Part shown: piece by piece, positions 47,852 through 57,335 of the stretch | Numbering within the stretch: position 1 is the stretch's first letter | How the letters are laid out: every line of letters starts with the position of its first letter | Source: an uncultured euryarchaeote | GTDB taxonomy: Archaea > Thermoplasmatota > Poseidoniia > Poseidoniales > Poseidoniaceae | Direction: 5' to 3' | DNA: 64,000 nucleotides | Assembly: GCA_937899865.1 (NCBI GenBank) | Contig: CALBRH010000055.1 | Span: 21,356 to 85,355, forward strand | Notes under the pieces: generated by a model | Databases searched by the model: none | What the model saw: the letters and a program-made list of their open reading frames with translations, nothing else | What the model was told of the DNA's origin: nothing | Translations under genes and position numbers: made by a program

Positions 47852-50800
47852 TCATGATTCTCTTAAAGCAGCGGATGGTGGTACTTTTGTCGCCCTTCTA
47901 ATAGGTGCTGCAGTAGCTAACATTACCAGTAGCCATCCTCCTAAGACTATCATCAAAATAGTATTCCAAGGTAAGGTAAATGCAGCCCCTTGTTCTTGCC
48001 AAAAAGCAACATAGAGAGCACGATGGAAACCAATTGCGATTAGAACACCATTGATTATTCCAAGAACTGCAACCCATGAAACCTCGATCAAGAATGATAG
48101 CATTACCATGCTCTTACGATAACCAAGCGCTCGTAATATACCGATTGTTTTACGGCGTTCAGATACCGAACGTACCGTTACTACCCCAATACCACCTATA
48201 CCTACAATCAAACCTAGAGCCAAATATGCTTCAAAGATTCCTAGAATCGCAATAACGAGTGATTGTATAAGCATTACATCATCTGATATCACAGAAATTG
48301 TGACTCCTTCACTATTCATTTCTTCTTCCAATTCTTCAGCCAATTGTGCAGCAGCTATTCGGACATCTGCCGGTTTGCCAGTTGCAGAAAACGTACTAAT
48401 TCCTGAATCATCAAAATCTTTTGATGGAGTTGCTGAATCGCTCAAACTTACATACATTCTTGTGAGTCTTCCATCGAACTGATCTTGGACAACATCGCCA
48501 CTCAACCAAACTCCTGGAGAGAACAGATATGATGACTGTTCAAGGAAGCCTGCAACAGTTACAATTCGCTTATTTCCAGGGTTCGATAAATCAATTAGAA
48601 AAATCGAATCTCCAATTGAAAAACTTAACGTAGAAAGTCCCGTTCCATCAGTACTTAATTCCAGTCCAAATGATGCATCTAAAAGCACCAAATCTTGTCG
48701 ATTTCTAACTGTATCCCAAACCTCTTTTTCAGTGCTGCCAAACTGAGAATCCCACTCGAATAATGGTAGACCTCCGTGGTTGGCAAATCCTTCATCAAAA
48801 CCACGCAAAACATATGGCATTCGCTCTTCATTAGAATCTTCCAAGAATGCTTCTGACCGATATACTAATCCTGTTGCATCAATATCATCAATAAGGCTTG
48901 AGTTTAGATTCCACTGCGAGGGATCACCTCCTAACTCAATCGGTCTTGAACGTGAAGAGGTAAGCATTAGTTCAAATTCACCTTCTGTTTCCTCGACAAA
49001 TGAACTTGAGTAATTGTCAAATTGCTCAGTATAGCCACTTAATACGACTACTGAAAAGACGGTAATTGAAAACATTGCCATCACTACTGCAGTCCTAACT
49101 GGACTAGCCAGAGGATGTGCTAATGCAACTGGAACAGTTGGCCCCATACGCTTGGTCAAGAAGCGTGAGCGACCTAATCGAGAAACAAGCATTGGTGCCA
49201 GACTTGTTAGCACCATTACTCCAGCAAATACTTCAACCAAACCAAGTAAAATGAATGACAACTCATCTGGAGTCATATCATTACGAATCGGGTCAATGCC
49301 TGCAAGCAAGATTGTCCAAACTAACAACAAACTGCCAAGCCAAGCAAAACTATTGCGGCTGGCATTGCGAGCCAATTTATCCCAAACCGCACCTCTATTT
49401 CGAAGCATTATTGGCAATTCCCAGGTGAATATTGGCGTTACTGTAACAATAACAAATACGCCACCCATACTCCACAACAAGTAAGCAAATCCTGAATCAA
49501 ATCCAAGTAGAACCAAAATTAGCAAAGCGAGTACTGCACCAGCTAAAGTACAGAATTGAACCAACAGCAAAGGCCATGGAAGTCCACTCTGAACCCTTAC
49601 CATTCCGCCACGTAGTGCTGCAACAATGTTGAGTCTTGAAGTCCACAAAGCAGTCGCCCATAAGGTAAGCATTGCTAGCAAAAAGCCCCAAGCCCAGCCA
49701 GCAAACAAGGAAGTAAACTCCCATGAGAAGGTAAACAAATCTGAGCCAGCACTTGCGAATATGCTACTAAATCCAGCGCTAATACCCATGGCCAAAAGTA
49801 AGCCAATCAATGCACCAATTATACCAGCAATAGCGGCAATTACTACTCCCTCCATCACTGCTAATGCTCGAGCATCTGACCTTGTAATTCCAATTGCTCG
49901 CATTACACCAAGTTCGCTACGTCGTGATTCAGCTAGCATCAAAACGATTGTTAGAACAAGTAAAACTCCTGCTGCAATGGTAAATGTACCAAATACCAGA
50001 AACATGCCAGAGATAACCCCTGATGATTGGGCTGCTGTTTTTGCTGCTTCCACCTTAACTGCAGTAAATTGTAAGTTGATATCATCGCTACCTGAACGCT
50101 CATCAAACCAATTTGTCAAATTTGAAATCGCTTGATTAATTGTTGATTCATCATTGGAATCTAAGTCCCCTCCTGCCAAAATGATAATTGAACGCTCATC
50201 TTCTCCAGCAGCAGATAACTTCTCACCATAATCAAGGGAAACAAAACCAAGCACCACATCATCTAAATCTGCCAATGATTCTAAGCCAGCCAACTCACTA
50301 TATTCTCCATCATTGGTTAGACGTAATGCGCTATCATTACCAAAGGCATACGGAATAAGTCCTTTCACCCATATATTACTCAATCCTATATCCATGTTGA
50401 GAAGACTCAAGCGATTGGAAACTGCAACATTTCCGTCATCAACTGTTATCGGTGAGTCTCCTCCACCAAATGCTAGGAATAATTGTGGCAATTCACCAAA
50501 TCCACCAGCCGAAGATAATACAGGCAAACGTATTGTCTCTACACCAGATTCACTATATCGCAATAAGCCTTGATCATAAGTACACCAATTGCCTAATTCA
50601 ATTGATTCAAGGACTGTATCCCCATTACATGATTCATTTCCTGCTAAGGCTGTCTCTACAGTATTTGGCCAATAATCCCCAGTCTGCCAAGCAACATAAG
50701 TTGCGTTTGTCGAAAGATTATTCGATACATATCGCTCGACACTAAGTAGCCCTTCTATCGATAAGTAAAGATAATCTTCAACCTGTAAATCGATTGACAA

Positions 50801-52468
50801 TATAGTTGATGGCAGAGAGATTGGTAATTGATTAGAATTGTGTGATTCAAGATTTTCTGTAAATTCATAGATGCTAAGATTCCCCTCTAAAGATTCAACT
50901 GCCCACCAGTTTTCATTAGCATAATCTATTGCTTCGAATTCTCCCTCTGAATCAAAATCAGCCCAAACATCATCATCTAAAGCTTGTTCATTAGCAACAA
51001 CAATACCACTACTATGAGCTACTGCACCATAGTTTCCATCATTAGATAAGGCGAATCCGTTGACTCTTTCTTCATCCTCTGCCTGCCATAACCAAGCGTC
51101 TCCATCACCGTTGATTTGGTATCCAAATCCGCCATCAGCAAAATGCCACAATGAGCGATTACCTTCACGTAAGTTTGTAATTTCGTTTGAAGCTAATGTA
51201 AGAATTTGTTCGTCCTGATATTCAACTTCAATCAATGGTATTTGTAGAACTTCGAGCATACTGGAATTGGGTAAAAGCGTTGAAAGATTTTCTCGAAGAG
51301 CCCTTACATCATCGCCATTTATGCGACCTAGACCCTGTTCGGAAGAGATTGTAAGAGACTTTGATTCACTTTGATAATCAAGCGAAAAACCAACATCTTG
51401 TGCTGTCAATGTATTATTTAGTAGCACTCCTAAATCATCTATGACTGATTCAATTTTACCTTCACCATCATGTTTTGAATCTATGGCATAATAGACAGTA
51501 TTGATTTCATTAGGCATCTGTTGCAAATCTTGTGCGGTAAGTAGATCGCTAAACAAAGCAGGTGATTTGGTTCCCGCAAGATTGGCCATCCCAGCATTCT
51601 TCACAACCTTGTAAACTGTAAACATCTGCTCTATACGCTTGCGAGAATTGTCTTCTGTAACATACCAACCTACCTCAACTTGGTCGCCTTCAGTAAGTTC
51701 TAACTCATCTGCTAAGACTTGATTGATTGCAATATTTGGCTGTGAAGAGATTACATTAATCTCTGCTAAATCTATGAATCTAATGCCATTACTGCCGCCA
51801 ATATTAGGCCAAACTTGTTCTGCATCAATGCTAGAATTCATTGCTGCCCAAGTTACCACTGGCAGAGACTTACCCGTCTGTGAAGCAATACTTACTCCAC
51901 TGATTATGCCTTGCTGCTGACCTTCTACTAAATTCGATAAGCCATCATCAGAGGAAATATCTTGCCATACTTTGTTGGCTACTAATTCGGACATTGTAAC
52001 TCTCTCACCAGTACTCATATCAAAACCTGATAATGTGATATCTGTTTCACCCCATGCACCTTCAACTTCTTGAGTAATTGTTGCATCAAGTGAATCACCA
52101 ACTACCAATGAAGAGGTAATGATTGCTGAAGCGATTACTAAACCAGCCATCAGTAAAGCTGCTTGACGCTTTCGACGCAGGATATTCTCCTTAGCAAGTC
52201 TCCACACAACCAATCGCTGAGGTACCAATAGTGGTTGAGCCAATACATGGCTGATTATTCCGATGCACAATGACCCGACCCACAGCGTTATTCCGCTTAC
52301 TCCAAGCCACTGAAATATCCAAAAAGCAATGATTGAATCTGCTATAGGAGTTGCGATTAGAAGAGCGATTACCCCTGTCGAGAGTTGCCTACTGCGACCT
52401 ATTTGCCAGGTCGAGATACCGGACGGAATGCCGACCAGCAACAGTAGTACAACAGCCTCAATCAGCAG
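47852..52468 (-). CDS. Large FtsX/MacB-like ABC permease with an inserted beta-propeller-like region; probable CTG start
   Basis: LAKENILRRKRQAALL...LVVGDSL, AESRRSELGVMRAIG, VSERRKTIGILRALG. In-frame CTG at 52468 is 7 nt after GGAGG (ORF track starts at TTG 52441). Confidence 0.9.
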   Translation of the reverse strand: MLIEAVVLLLLVGIPSGISTWQIGRSRQLSTGVIALLIATPIADSIIAFWIFQWLGVSGITLWVGSLCIGIISHVLAQPLLVPQRLVVWRLAKENILRRKRQAALLMAGLVIASAIITSSLVVGDSLDATITQEVEGAWGETDITLSGFDMSTGERVTMSELVANKVWQDISSDDGLSNLVEGQQQGIISGVSIASQTGKSLPVVTWAAMNSSIDAEQVWPNIGGSNGIRFIDLAEINVISSQPNIAINQVLADELELTEGDQVEVGWYVTEDNSRKRIEQMFTVYKVVKNAGMANLAGTKSPALFSDLLTAQDLQQMPNEINTVYYAIDSKHDGEGKIESVIDDLGVLLNNTLTAQDVGFSLDYQSESKSLTISSEQGLGRINGDDVRALRENLSTLLPNSSMLEVLQIPLIEVEYQDEQILTLASNEITNLREGNRSLWHFADGGFGYQINGDGDAWLWQAEDEERVNGFALSNDGNYGAVAHSSGIVVANEQALDDDVWADFDSEGEFEAIDYANENWWAVESLEGNLSIYEFTENLESHNSNQLPISLPSTILSIDLQVEDYLYLSIEGLLSVERYVSNNLSTNATYVAWQTGDYWPNTVETALAGNESCNGDTVLESIELGNWCTYDQGLLRYSESGVETIRLPVLSSAGGFGELPQLFLAFGGGDSPITVDDGNVAVSNRLSLLNMDIGLSNIWVKGLIPYAFGNDSALRLTNDGEYSELAGLESLADLDDVVLGFVSLDYGEKLSAAGEDERSIIILAGGDLDSNDESTINQAISNLTNWFDERSGSDDINLQFTAVKVEAAKTAAQSSGVISGMFLVFGTFTIAAGVLLVLTIVLMLAESRRSELGVMRAIGITRSDARALAVMEGVVIAAIAGIIGALIGLLLAMGISAGFSSIFASAGSDLFTFSWEFTSLFAGWAWGFLLAMLTLWATALWTSRLNIVAALRGGMVRVQSGLPWPLLLVQFCTLAGAVLALLILVLLGFDSGFAYLLWSMGGVFVIVTVTPIFTWELPIMLRNRGAVWDKLARNASRNSFAWLGSLLLVWTILLAGIDPIRNDMTPDELSFILLGLVEVFAGVMVLTSLAPMLVSRLGRSRFLTKRMGPTVPVALAHPLASPVRTAVVMAMFSITVFSVVVLSGYTEQFDNYSSSFVEETEGEFELMLTSSRSRPIELGGDPSQWNLNSSLIDDIDATGLVYRSEAFLEDSNEERMPYVLRGFDEGFANHGGLPLFEWDSQFGSTEKEVWDTVRNRQDLVLLDASFGLELSTDGTGLSTLSFSIGDSIFLIDLSNPGNKRIVTVAGFLEQSSYLFSPGVWLSGDVVQDQFDGRLTRMYVSLSDSATPSKDFDDSGISTFSATGKPADVRIAAAQLAEELEEEMNSEGVTISVISDDVMLIQSLVIAILGIFEAYLALGLIVGIGGIGVVTVRSVSERRKTIGILRALGYRKSMVMLSFLIEVSWVAVLGIINGVLIAIGFHRALYVAFWQEQGAAFTLPWNTILMIVLGGWLLVMLATAAPIRRATKVPPSAALRES

Positions 52469-52470
52469 TT

Positions 52471-53169
52471 TTACTCCTCCTCATCGCCCCGCTGATCGCT
52501 AATAATTTCTCCATCATCCATATGCAAAATTCTGTTGCATTGCTTTGCTACTTCACTATCATGAGTAACTAGTAAAAATGTTGTACCCATTTTTTTATTG
52601 ATGCTTTTGAGTAATTCCATTACGCTTGCAGATGTTGCGGAATCCAAATTTCCGGTTGGCTCATCACATAATACAACAGAAGGGTTGTGGACAATTGCAC
52701 GAGCAATCGCTACACGTTGTTGTTGTCCACCTGATAACTCACTGGGACGATGACCGCTTCGCTCCCCTAATCCTACTGCTTTCAAAGCATCAAGCGCGGT
52801 ATTTCTTGCCTCATTTGCAGGTTTGCCAAGCAACAATAGTGGCAACTCAACATTTTCTACTGCAGAAAGTACCGGGAGTAAGTTGAAGTCTTGAAAAATA
52901 AATCCAAGATACTCTGCACGCATTCTTGAACGTTCATTATCGCTTACCGCGAATAGAGATTTCTCATCGATTGTAACTTCACCAGCAGTTGGCTCATCAA
53001 TGCCTGAAAGGACATTCAGTAGAGTTGTTTTGCCGCATCCTGAAGGCCCCATAATAGCAATCATTTCACCTTCCCCAATAGTGACATTGACACCTTTTAC
53101 CGCCTGAACGGTTGATTCGCCAGAAGCATACAACTTCCATAATTCATTAGCCTGCATTACTGCTCGCAT
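52471..53169 (-). CDS. ABC transporter ATP-binding protein, LolD/MacB-like
   Basis: GPSGCGKTT, GFIFQDFNLL, LSGGQQQRVAIAR, DEPTGNLD, VTHD. Confidence 0.96.
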   Translation of the reverse strand: MRAVMQANELWKLYASGESTVQAVKGVNVTIGEGEMIAIMGPSGCGKTTLLNVLSGIDEPTAGEVTIDEKSLFAVSDNERSRMRAEYLGFIFQDFNLLPVLSAVENVELPLLLLGKPANEARNTALDALKAVGLGERSGHRPSELSGGQQQRVAIARAIVHNPSVVLCDEPTGNLDSATSASVMELLKSINKKMGTTFLLVTHDSEVAKQCNRILHMDDGEIISDQRGDEEE

Positions 53170-53221
53170 GATTATAGTACAGAAGAACTGCGTTGATAAA
53201 CTACCGCTTCAAAGCATCACC

Positions 53222-53473
53222 ATGGGCGCAAATCAAAGTAGTGATTCCATCACTGTACTATGCTTTGGCCCGTTAGCCGAAATACTAGGCAGAACCAGTC
53301 AAATAAGCATAAATTCAATGAGTACCTGCAAACAAGTTATTGTCGATTTAGGGCTTGAAGAATGGCTTAACAATGGCCTTAAAATAGCCATTAACGGAGA
53401 AATGTGTGACTTAGATTCACAACTTTCAGCAGGTGATGAACTAGCATTGTTGCCACCGGTGTCAGGTGGCTAA
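53222..53473 (+). CDS. MoaD/ThiS-family ubiquitin-like protein (SAMP-like)
   Basis: ITVLCFGPLAE, IAINGE, GDELALLPPVSGG C-terminal di-glycine. ATG 53222 avoids overlap with the divergent ATPase. Confidence 0.9.
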   Translation: MGANQSSDSITVLCFGPLAEILGRTSQISINSMSTCKQVIVDLGLEEWLNNGLKIAINGEMCDLDSQLSAGDELALLPPVSGG

Positions 53474-53546
53474 ATCACTACTGTTGGTTGATTTACAACC
53501 GAAGACTTCAACAGCGACCACATTCAGCAGATGATGAGGAAGCGAT

Positions 53547-53861
53547 ATGTTCGGCGGACTTGGACCACTTGAAATCATTGTACTGCTAGTGATATTCTTT
53601 GTATTATTTGGCGCAGAAAGACTACCAAAGATGGCTAATGCCCTTGGTCGCTCCAAAGGTGAATTCCAAAAAGGACTTGATGAATCTACTAAGGCGATGA
53701 AACTGGAACAAACTATTCAGGACATGGATGCAGGTGGTCGTACTCCTTCTCAAGCCTTAGCAGCAAGAGCAAAAGAGGTTGGAATTGACCCTGAAGGAAT
53801 GGATCCAGAAGAATTGGAAAAGAAGGTTGCTGCTCTAGAAAATCTAAATGCTGAAGAATGA
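53547..53861 (+). CDS. tatA: Twin-arginine translocase TatA/TatE subunit
   Basis: GPLEIIVLLVIFFVLFGAERLPKMANALGRSKGEFQKGL. Confidence 0.93.
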   Translation: MFGGLGPLEIIVLLVIFFVLFGAERLPKMANALGRSKGEFQKGLDESTKAMKLEQTIQDMDAGGRTPSQALAARAKEVGIDPEGMDPEELEKKVAALENLNAEE

Positions 53862-54353
53862 TTACTTAGCTCGCTTAAGCAGCATTGGAGCACCACAGAT
53901 ATCACAATCTTTGACTGGACCTTTCTTACTTGATTCTACATCAGTTGGCACAGGCTCTTTGGAACCACATCCGGTACAACGCAACTCCCATTTCCATACT
54001 TTCTTAGCGCCTGAAGTCCCTACTGAATGTGTTTCAAGACCTGCTTTTTGCATGGTATTTTGTAAGCGATAATCATCGGTATATAATGGTAAATTTAGTC
54101 CAATTGCTAGAGCAAGAACATCTACATCGACTGGTGAAAGTCTCGGCAAATCACCGCTATCTGCTGCTGCCACTCGAGCTTTCTCCAACCAACTAGGGTC
54201 AACATCTCGCCAATCAATATCAATGCTACTTACCAACATGTAACGTTGTGGGCTAACTCTTTCCAGCTCATTCTGTTGACTAATAGAACAAACACCTCCG
54301 GCTATCTCTGTAACCGGCCAGTACAACAACGCAGCCGTATCGAGTACTCGCAT
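53862..54353 (-). CDS. nob1: Nob1-family PIN endonuclease with zinc ribbon (16S rRNA maturation)
   Basis: VLDTAALL, LSPVDVDVLALA, TDDYRLQN, CTGC...CDICG. Confidence 0.9.
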   Translation of the reverse strand: MRVLDTAALLYWPVTEIAGGVCSISQQNELERVSPQRYMLVSSIDIDWRDVDPSWLEKARVAAADSGDLPRLSPVDVDVLALAIGLNLPLYTDDYRLQNTMQKAGLETHSVGTSGAKKVWKWELRCTGCGSKEPVPTDVESSKKGPVKDCDICGAPMLLKRAK

Positions 54354-54434
54354 CAGTGTAGATACCCTTCAATCAACCTCATCAACCCACCGATTAGCCA
54401 CACATTCAATAATGCAAGACTCAAGCAGTAGTTT

Positions 54435-55049
54435 GTGTCGTGGTATAGTGGAGTTCTGGATTTTATCCTTGAACGGACAAATTCTGCTGTTCTTGGACTA
54501 GTATCTTTCACCGAAGCGATTATTCAACCTCTGCCACCAGATTTGGTATATTTACCAATGTTGTATGATGCAATGGACAACAAACCATTGGTGTTTTGGT
54601 ATTTCTTAGTAGTAACACTTACCTCCGTGGCAGGATCTTACATCGGATATCTAATCGGTCAGCGTTGGGGACGGCAATTACTCGACCGTTTTGCCAAACA
54701 GAAACATGTCCACAAATTAGAGGCTTTAACCACAAAATATGGCACAGCAGGCATATTCATAGCAGCATTTTCACCAATTCCATACAAGGTATTTGGCTGG
54801 GTTGCCGGCATGGGAGAGATGGATAAGCGTTCATTCATAGTAGCTGGATTATTTGGTCGTGGCTTGAGATTTGGTTTAGAAGCATTACTTATTGGAATCT
54901 ATGGAAAGAAAGCATTGGATGCTATCAATACCTTCCTTGACAATGAATTACTAATTGCTGTTGGTATGATTGTTTCCATCACAATTGCTTATTTTGCTTG
55001 GCAATGGTGGTCAAATCTAGACAACAATACCAGTTCAAGTTCTGAATGA
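54435..55049 (+). CDS. DedA/VTT (YqaA-like) membrane protein
   Basis: SFTEAIIQPLPPD, SVAGSYIGYLIG, FSPIPYKVF, GRGLRF. Confidence 0.9.
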   Translation: MSWYSGVLDFILERTNSAVLGLVSFTEAIIQPLPPDLVYLPMLYDAMDNKPLVFWYFLVVTLTSVAGSYIGYLIGQRWGRQLLDRFAKQKHVHKLEALTTKYGTAGIFIAAFSPIPYKVFGWVAGMGEMDKRSFIVAGLFGRGLRFGLEALLIGIYGKKALDAINTFLDNELLIAVGMIVSITIAYFAWQWWSNLDNNTSSSSE

Positions 55050-55106
55050 TAACAAGTCTATCTTAAGGCGAATTGTTATGAACAGGTTGTTGGTCGGTGG
55101 CTTGTC

Positions 55107-55184
55107 GCTCGTGTGGTGTAGCCAGGTCCATCATTGCGGGTTTTCATCCCGTCGACCCGGGTTCGAATCCCGGCACGAGCACCA
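55107..55184 (+). tRNA. tRNA-Glu(TTC)
   Basis: Acceptor stem GCTCGTG/CACGAGC, anticodon arm GCGGG-TTTTCAT-CCCGT, CCGGGTTCGAATCCCGG, ACCA end. Confidence 0.96.
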
Positions 55185-55350
55185 TTCGGAACACTGCGAG
55201 GCATATTCGTTCTTTTTTGAATTTGTTTTTGTAGGAAATTTTTGCATTTATCACAGATAAATCAGTTGTTTTATCAATTTACGAATTGTGGATTAATACA
55301 TTTTTTTAAAATACTAATAATTTTACGAAGTATAGGGCAGATGGTTATCT

Positions 55351-56505
55351 ATGTCAAAAAGTAGTAAGAAAAAGGGCTCAAAAAATGGCGATGAAACTTA
55401 CGATGTTATTGTAGTTGGAGCAGGCGCAGCAGGCGTAGGTGTAGCGATTACGCTTCAACATGTTGGAATTGAGAACTTCTTGATTGTCGACCGTGAATGC
55501 GTAGGTGCTTCATTCGCGGCATGGCCTGCAGAAACCCGATTCATCACTCCATCATTTCCAAGTAACTCTATTGGAATGCTCGATTTAAACTCTGTAGCAA
55601 TCGGTGTATCTCCTGCCTACAATATGCGGGTAGAGCATCCAACAGGAGCAGAATATGCTGAGCATTTGCAAAGTCTGGCTAAATATTTCGAACTCCCAGT
55701 TCAAGAAAATACCAATGTTACAAGCATCGAGAAAAAGGGTGACTTGTTTCATGTTGAGACTGAAAATGGCACTTTAACTGCTAAGAATGTAATTTGGTCT
55801 GCTGGTGAGTATCAATATCCTTCAATCAGTGGATTCGAAGGTGCTGAGCATTGTCGACATACAGCAACTGTAGAAAAGTACGGTGATTTAGAAGGTGATG
55901 ATTTCCTAATCATTGGTGGCTATGAAAGTGGCATTGATGCTGCATATCATTTGGCAAGGAACGATAAACAAGTTCGAGTTTTCGATATCAATGGACCTTG
56001 GGAAAGTCAAAGTTCAGATCCAAGTGTCGCATTATCTACATTTTCATTTGAACGTATGCGTCATGAAAAATTCGATCAAAATGTTGAACTTCATGCAAAT
56101 ACAGTTGTTACCTTGGTAAATCATGTCAACGACACATATCAGATTACTACTGGAGATGGACAAACCTTCAGTTCCAAAGTGCAACCTCTATTCGCTGGTG
56201 GATTTGATGGTAGCCACAAGTTTGTTTCGCATCTATTCAACACAAGAGATGATGGTTTCCCTGAAATTAGTGTCAATGATGAATCGACAACTGTTCCTGG
56301 CATGTACCTTTGTGGCCCTTCTGTAAGGCATGATGGCCATATTTTCTGTTTCATCTTCAAATACCGCCAACGGTTTGCAATCGTGGCTCAAGCAATCGCT
56401 TCTTCAATGGGTCTGCCTACCGATGACTTCATAGAGGCTTACAAGTCGTGGGGCATGTACCTAGACGATTTGTCTTGCTGTGGCCAGGAGTGCTTAACTT
56501 GTTAA
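55351..56505 (+). CDS. NAD(P)/FAD-dependent oxidoreductase (Pyr_redox_3 / flavin monooxygenase-like) with a Cys-rich C-terminus
   Basis: VIVVGAGAAG, WSAGEYQYP, IIGGYESGIDAA, STTVPGMYLCGP, FCFIFKYRQRF, YLDDLSCCGQECLTC. Confidence 0.88.
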   Translation: MSKSSKKKGSKNGDETYDVIVVGAGAAGVGVAITLQHVGIENFLIVDRECVGASFAAWPAETRFITPSFPSNSIGMLDLNSVAIGVSPAYNMRVEHPTGAEYAEHLQSLAKYFELPVQENTNVTSIEKKGDLFHVETENGTLTAKNVIWSAGEYQYPSISGFEGAEHCRHTATVEKYGDLEGDDFLIIGGYESGIDAAYHLARNDKQVRVFDINGPWESQSSDPSVALSTFSFERMRHEKFDQNVELHANTVVTLVNHVNDTYQITTGDGQTFSSKVQPLFAGGFDGSHKFVSHLFNTRDDGFPEISVNDESTTVPGMYLCGPSVRHDGHIFCFIFKYRQRFAIVAQAIASSMGLPTDDFIEAYKSWGMYLDDLSCCGQECLTC

Positions 56506-56561
56506 ACAATGATGAAGATTCAAACAATACCGCTTCACAATCAAATACTTCACAAACCCGT

Positions 56562-56729
56562 ATGGGTAAAATGATGAGTATAGAATGGCTTGGTCAAACT
56601 ATCGCAAGTGGTAGTTGGATTGTCAGCGTATTTGTCTACGGCTTAACTTCAACTGGAGATTATCTTCAATTGGTAGCCGCTTCTTCTTGGATGCTATCCA
56701 ATATTGCTAGTGTAATCTCAATAAAGTAA
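56562..56729 (+). CDS. Small two-helix membrane protein
   Basis: MGKMMSIEWLGQTIASGSWIVSVFVYG-LTSTGD-YLQLVAASSWMLSNIASV: hairpin of two amphipathic helices, each with a Q-x-x-A-S-x-x-W-like pattern. Confidence 0.65.
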   Translation: MGKMMSIEWLGQTIASGSWIVSVFVYGLTSTGDYLQLVAASSWMLSNIASVISIK

Positions 56730-56843
56730 TTCCCAATTTCATAATCAGATTTGGTTATGGGTTTATTGGTATAGTATGATGAATCTGTAACATAATTAAT
56801 TTACAGTGTTTATTCTCACACCAATTAGACATCGGTTATTTTC

Positions 56844-57335
56844 ATGAAAATAAAGCAACTCGAGTTAGAAAACATCCGCGCTATGTGGGAAATTAATGAA
56901 CAAGGATTACCAGGTACTGGTCAAGTTTCCGAACATGAGATGGCCAGCCTGCTTGAACTATCGGAACTAAAATTAGGTGCTTACCAAGATGGGAAATTGT
57001 TAGGATTTGTCCTTTGTTTACTGCCAAATACCAACTATGGTAGTCTTAACTACGCATGGTTTAATCAGCGCTATGACCAATTCATCTACGTAGATAGAAT
57101 TGCAGTTGCATCAGCAAATCGCGACCAAGGCATCGGTTCTATGCTATATGAGAAAGTGTTTGACTATGCTCAAGAAAACAACATCCCAGTAACTGCTGAA
57201 GTTAGTCTAAGGCCATCTAATGTTGGCTCGGATCGCTTCCATCTACGCCATAATTTTACAGCGGTTGGCGAACTAGACCATGGTGATAAAGCTGTAACTA
57301 TGTACATCAAGCATATTCAGCCTTTAGATGATTGA
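56844..57335 (+). CDS. GNAT-family acetyltransferase
   Basis: YVDRIAV...RDQGIGSMLY, AEV..RPSNVGSDRFH...FTAVG. Confidence 0.88.
   Translation: MKIKQLELENIRAMWEINEQGLPGTGQVSEHEMASLLELSELKLGAYQDGKLLGFVLCLLPNTNYGSLNYAWFNQRYDQFIYVDRIAVASANRDQGIGSMLYEKVFDYAQENNIPVTAEVSLRPSNVGSDRFHLRHNFTAVGELDHGDKAVTMYIKHIQPLDD

Noticed and set aside
56785-56806. CTGTAA-N10-TTACAG inverted repeat before the GNAT gene
   Set aside because: 6-bp arms in AT-rich DNA are expected by chance.
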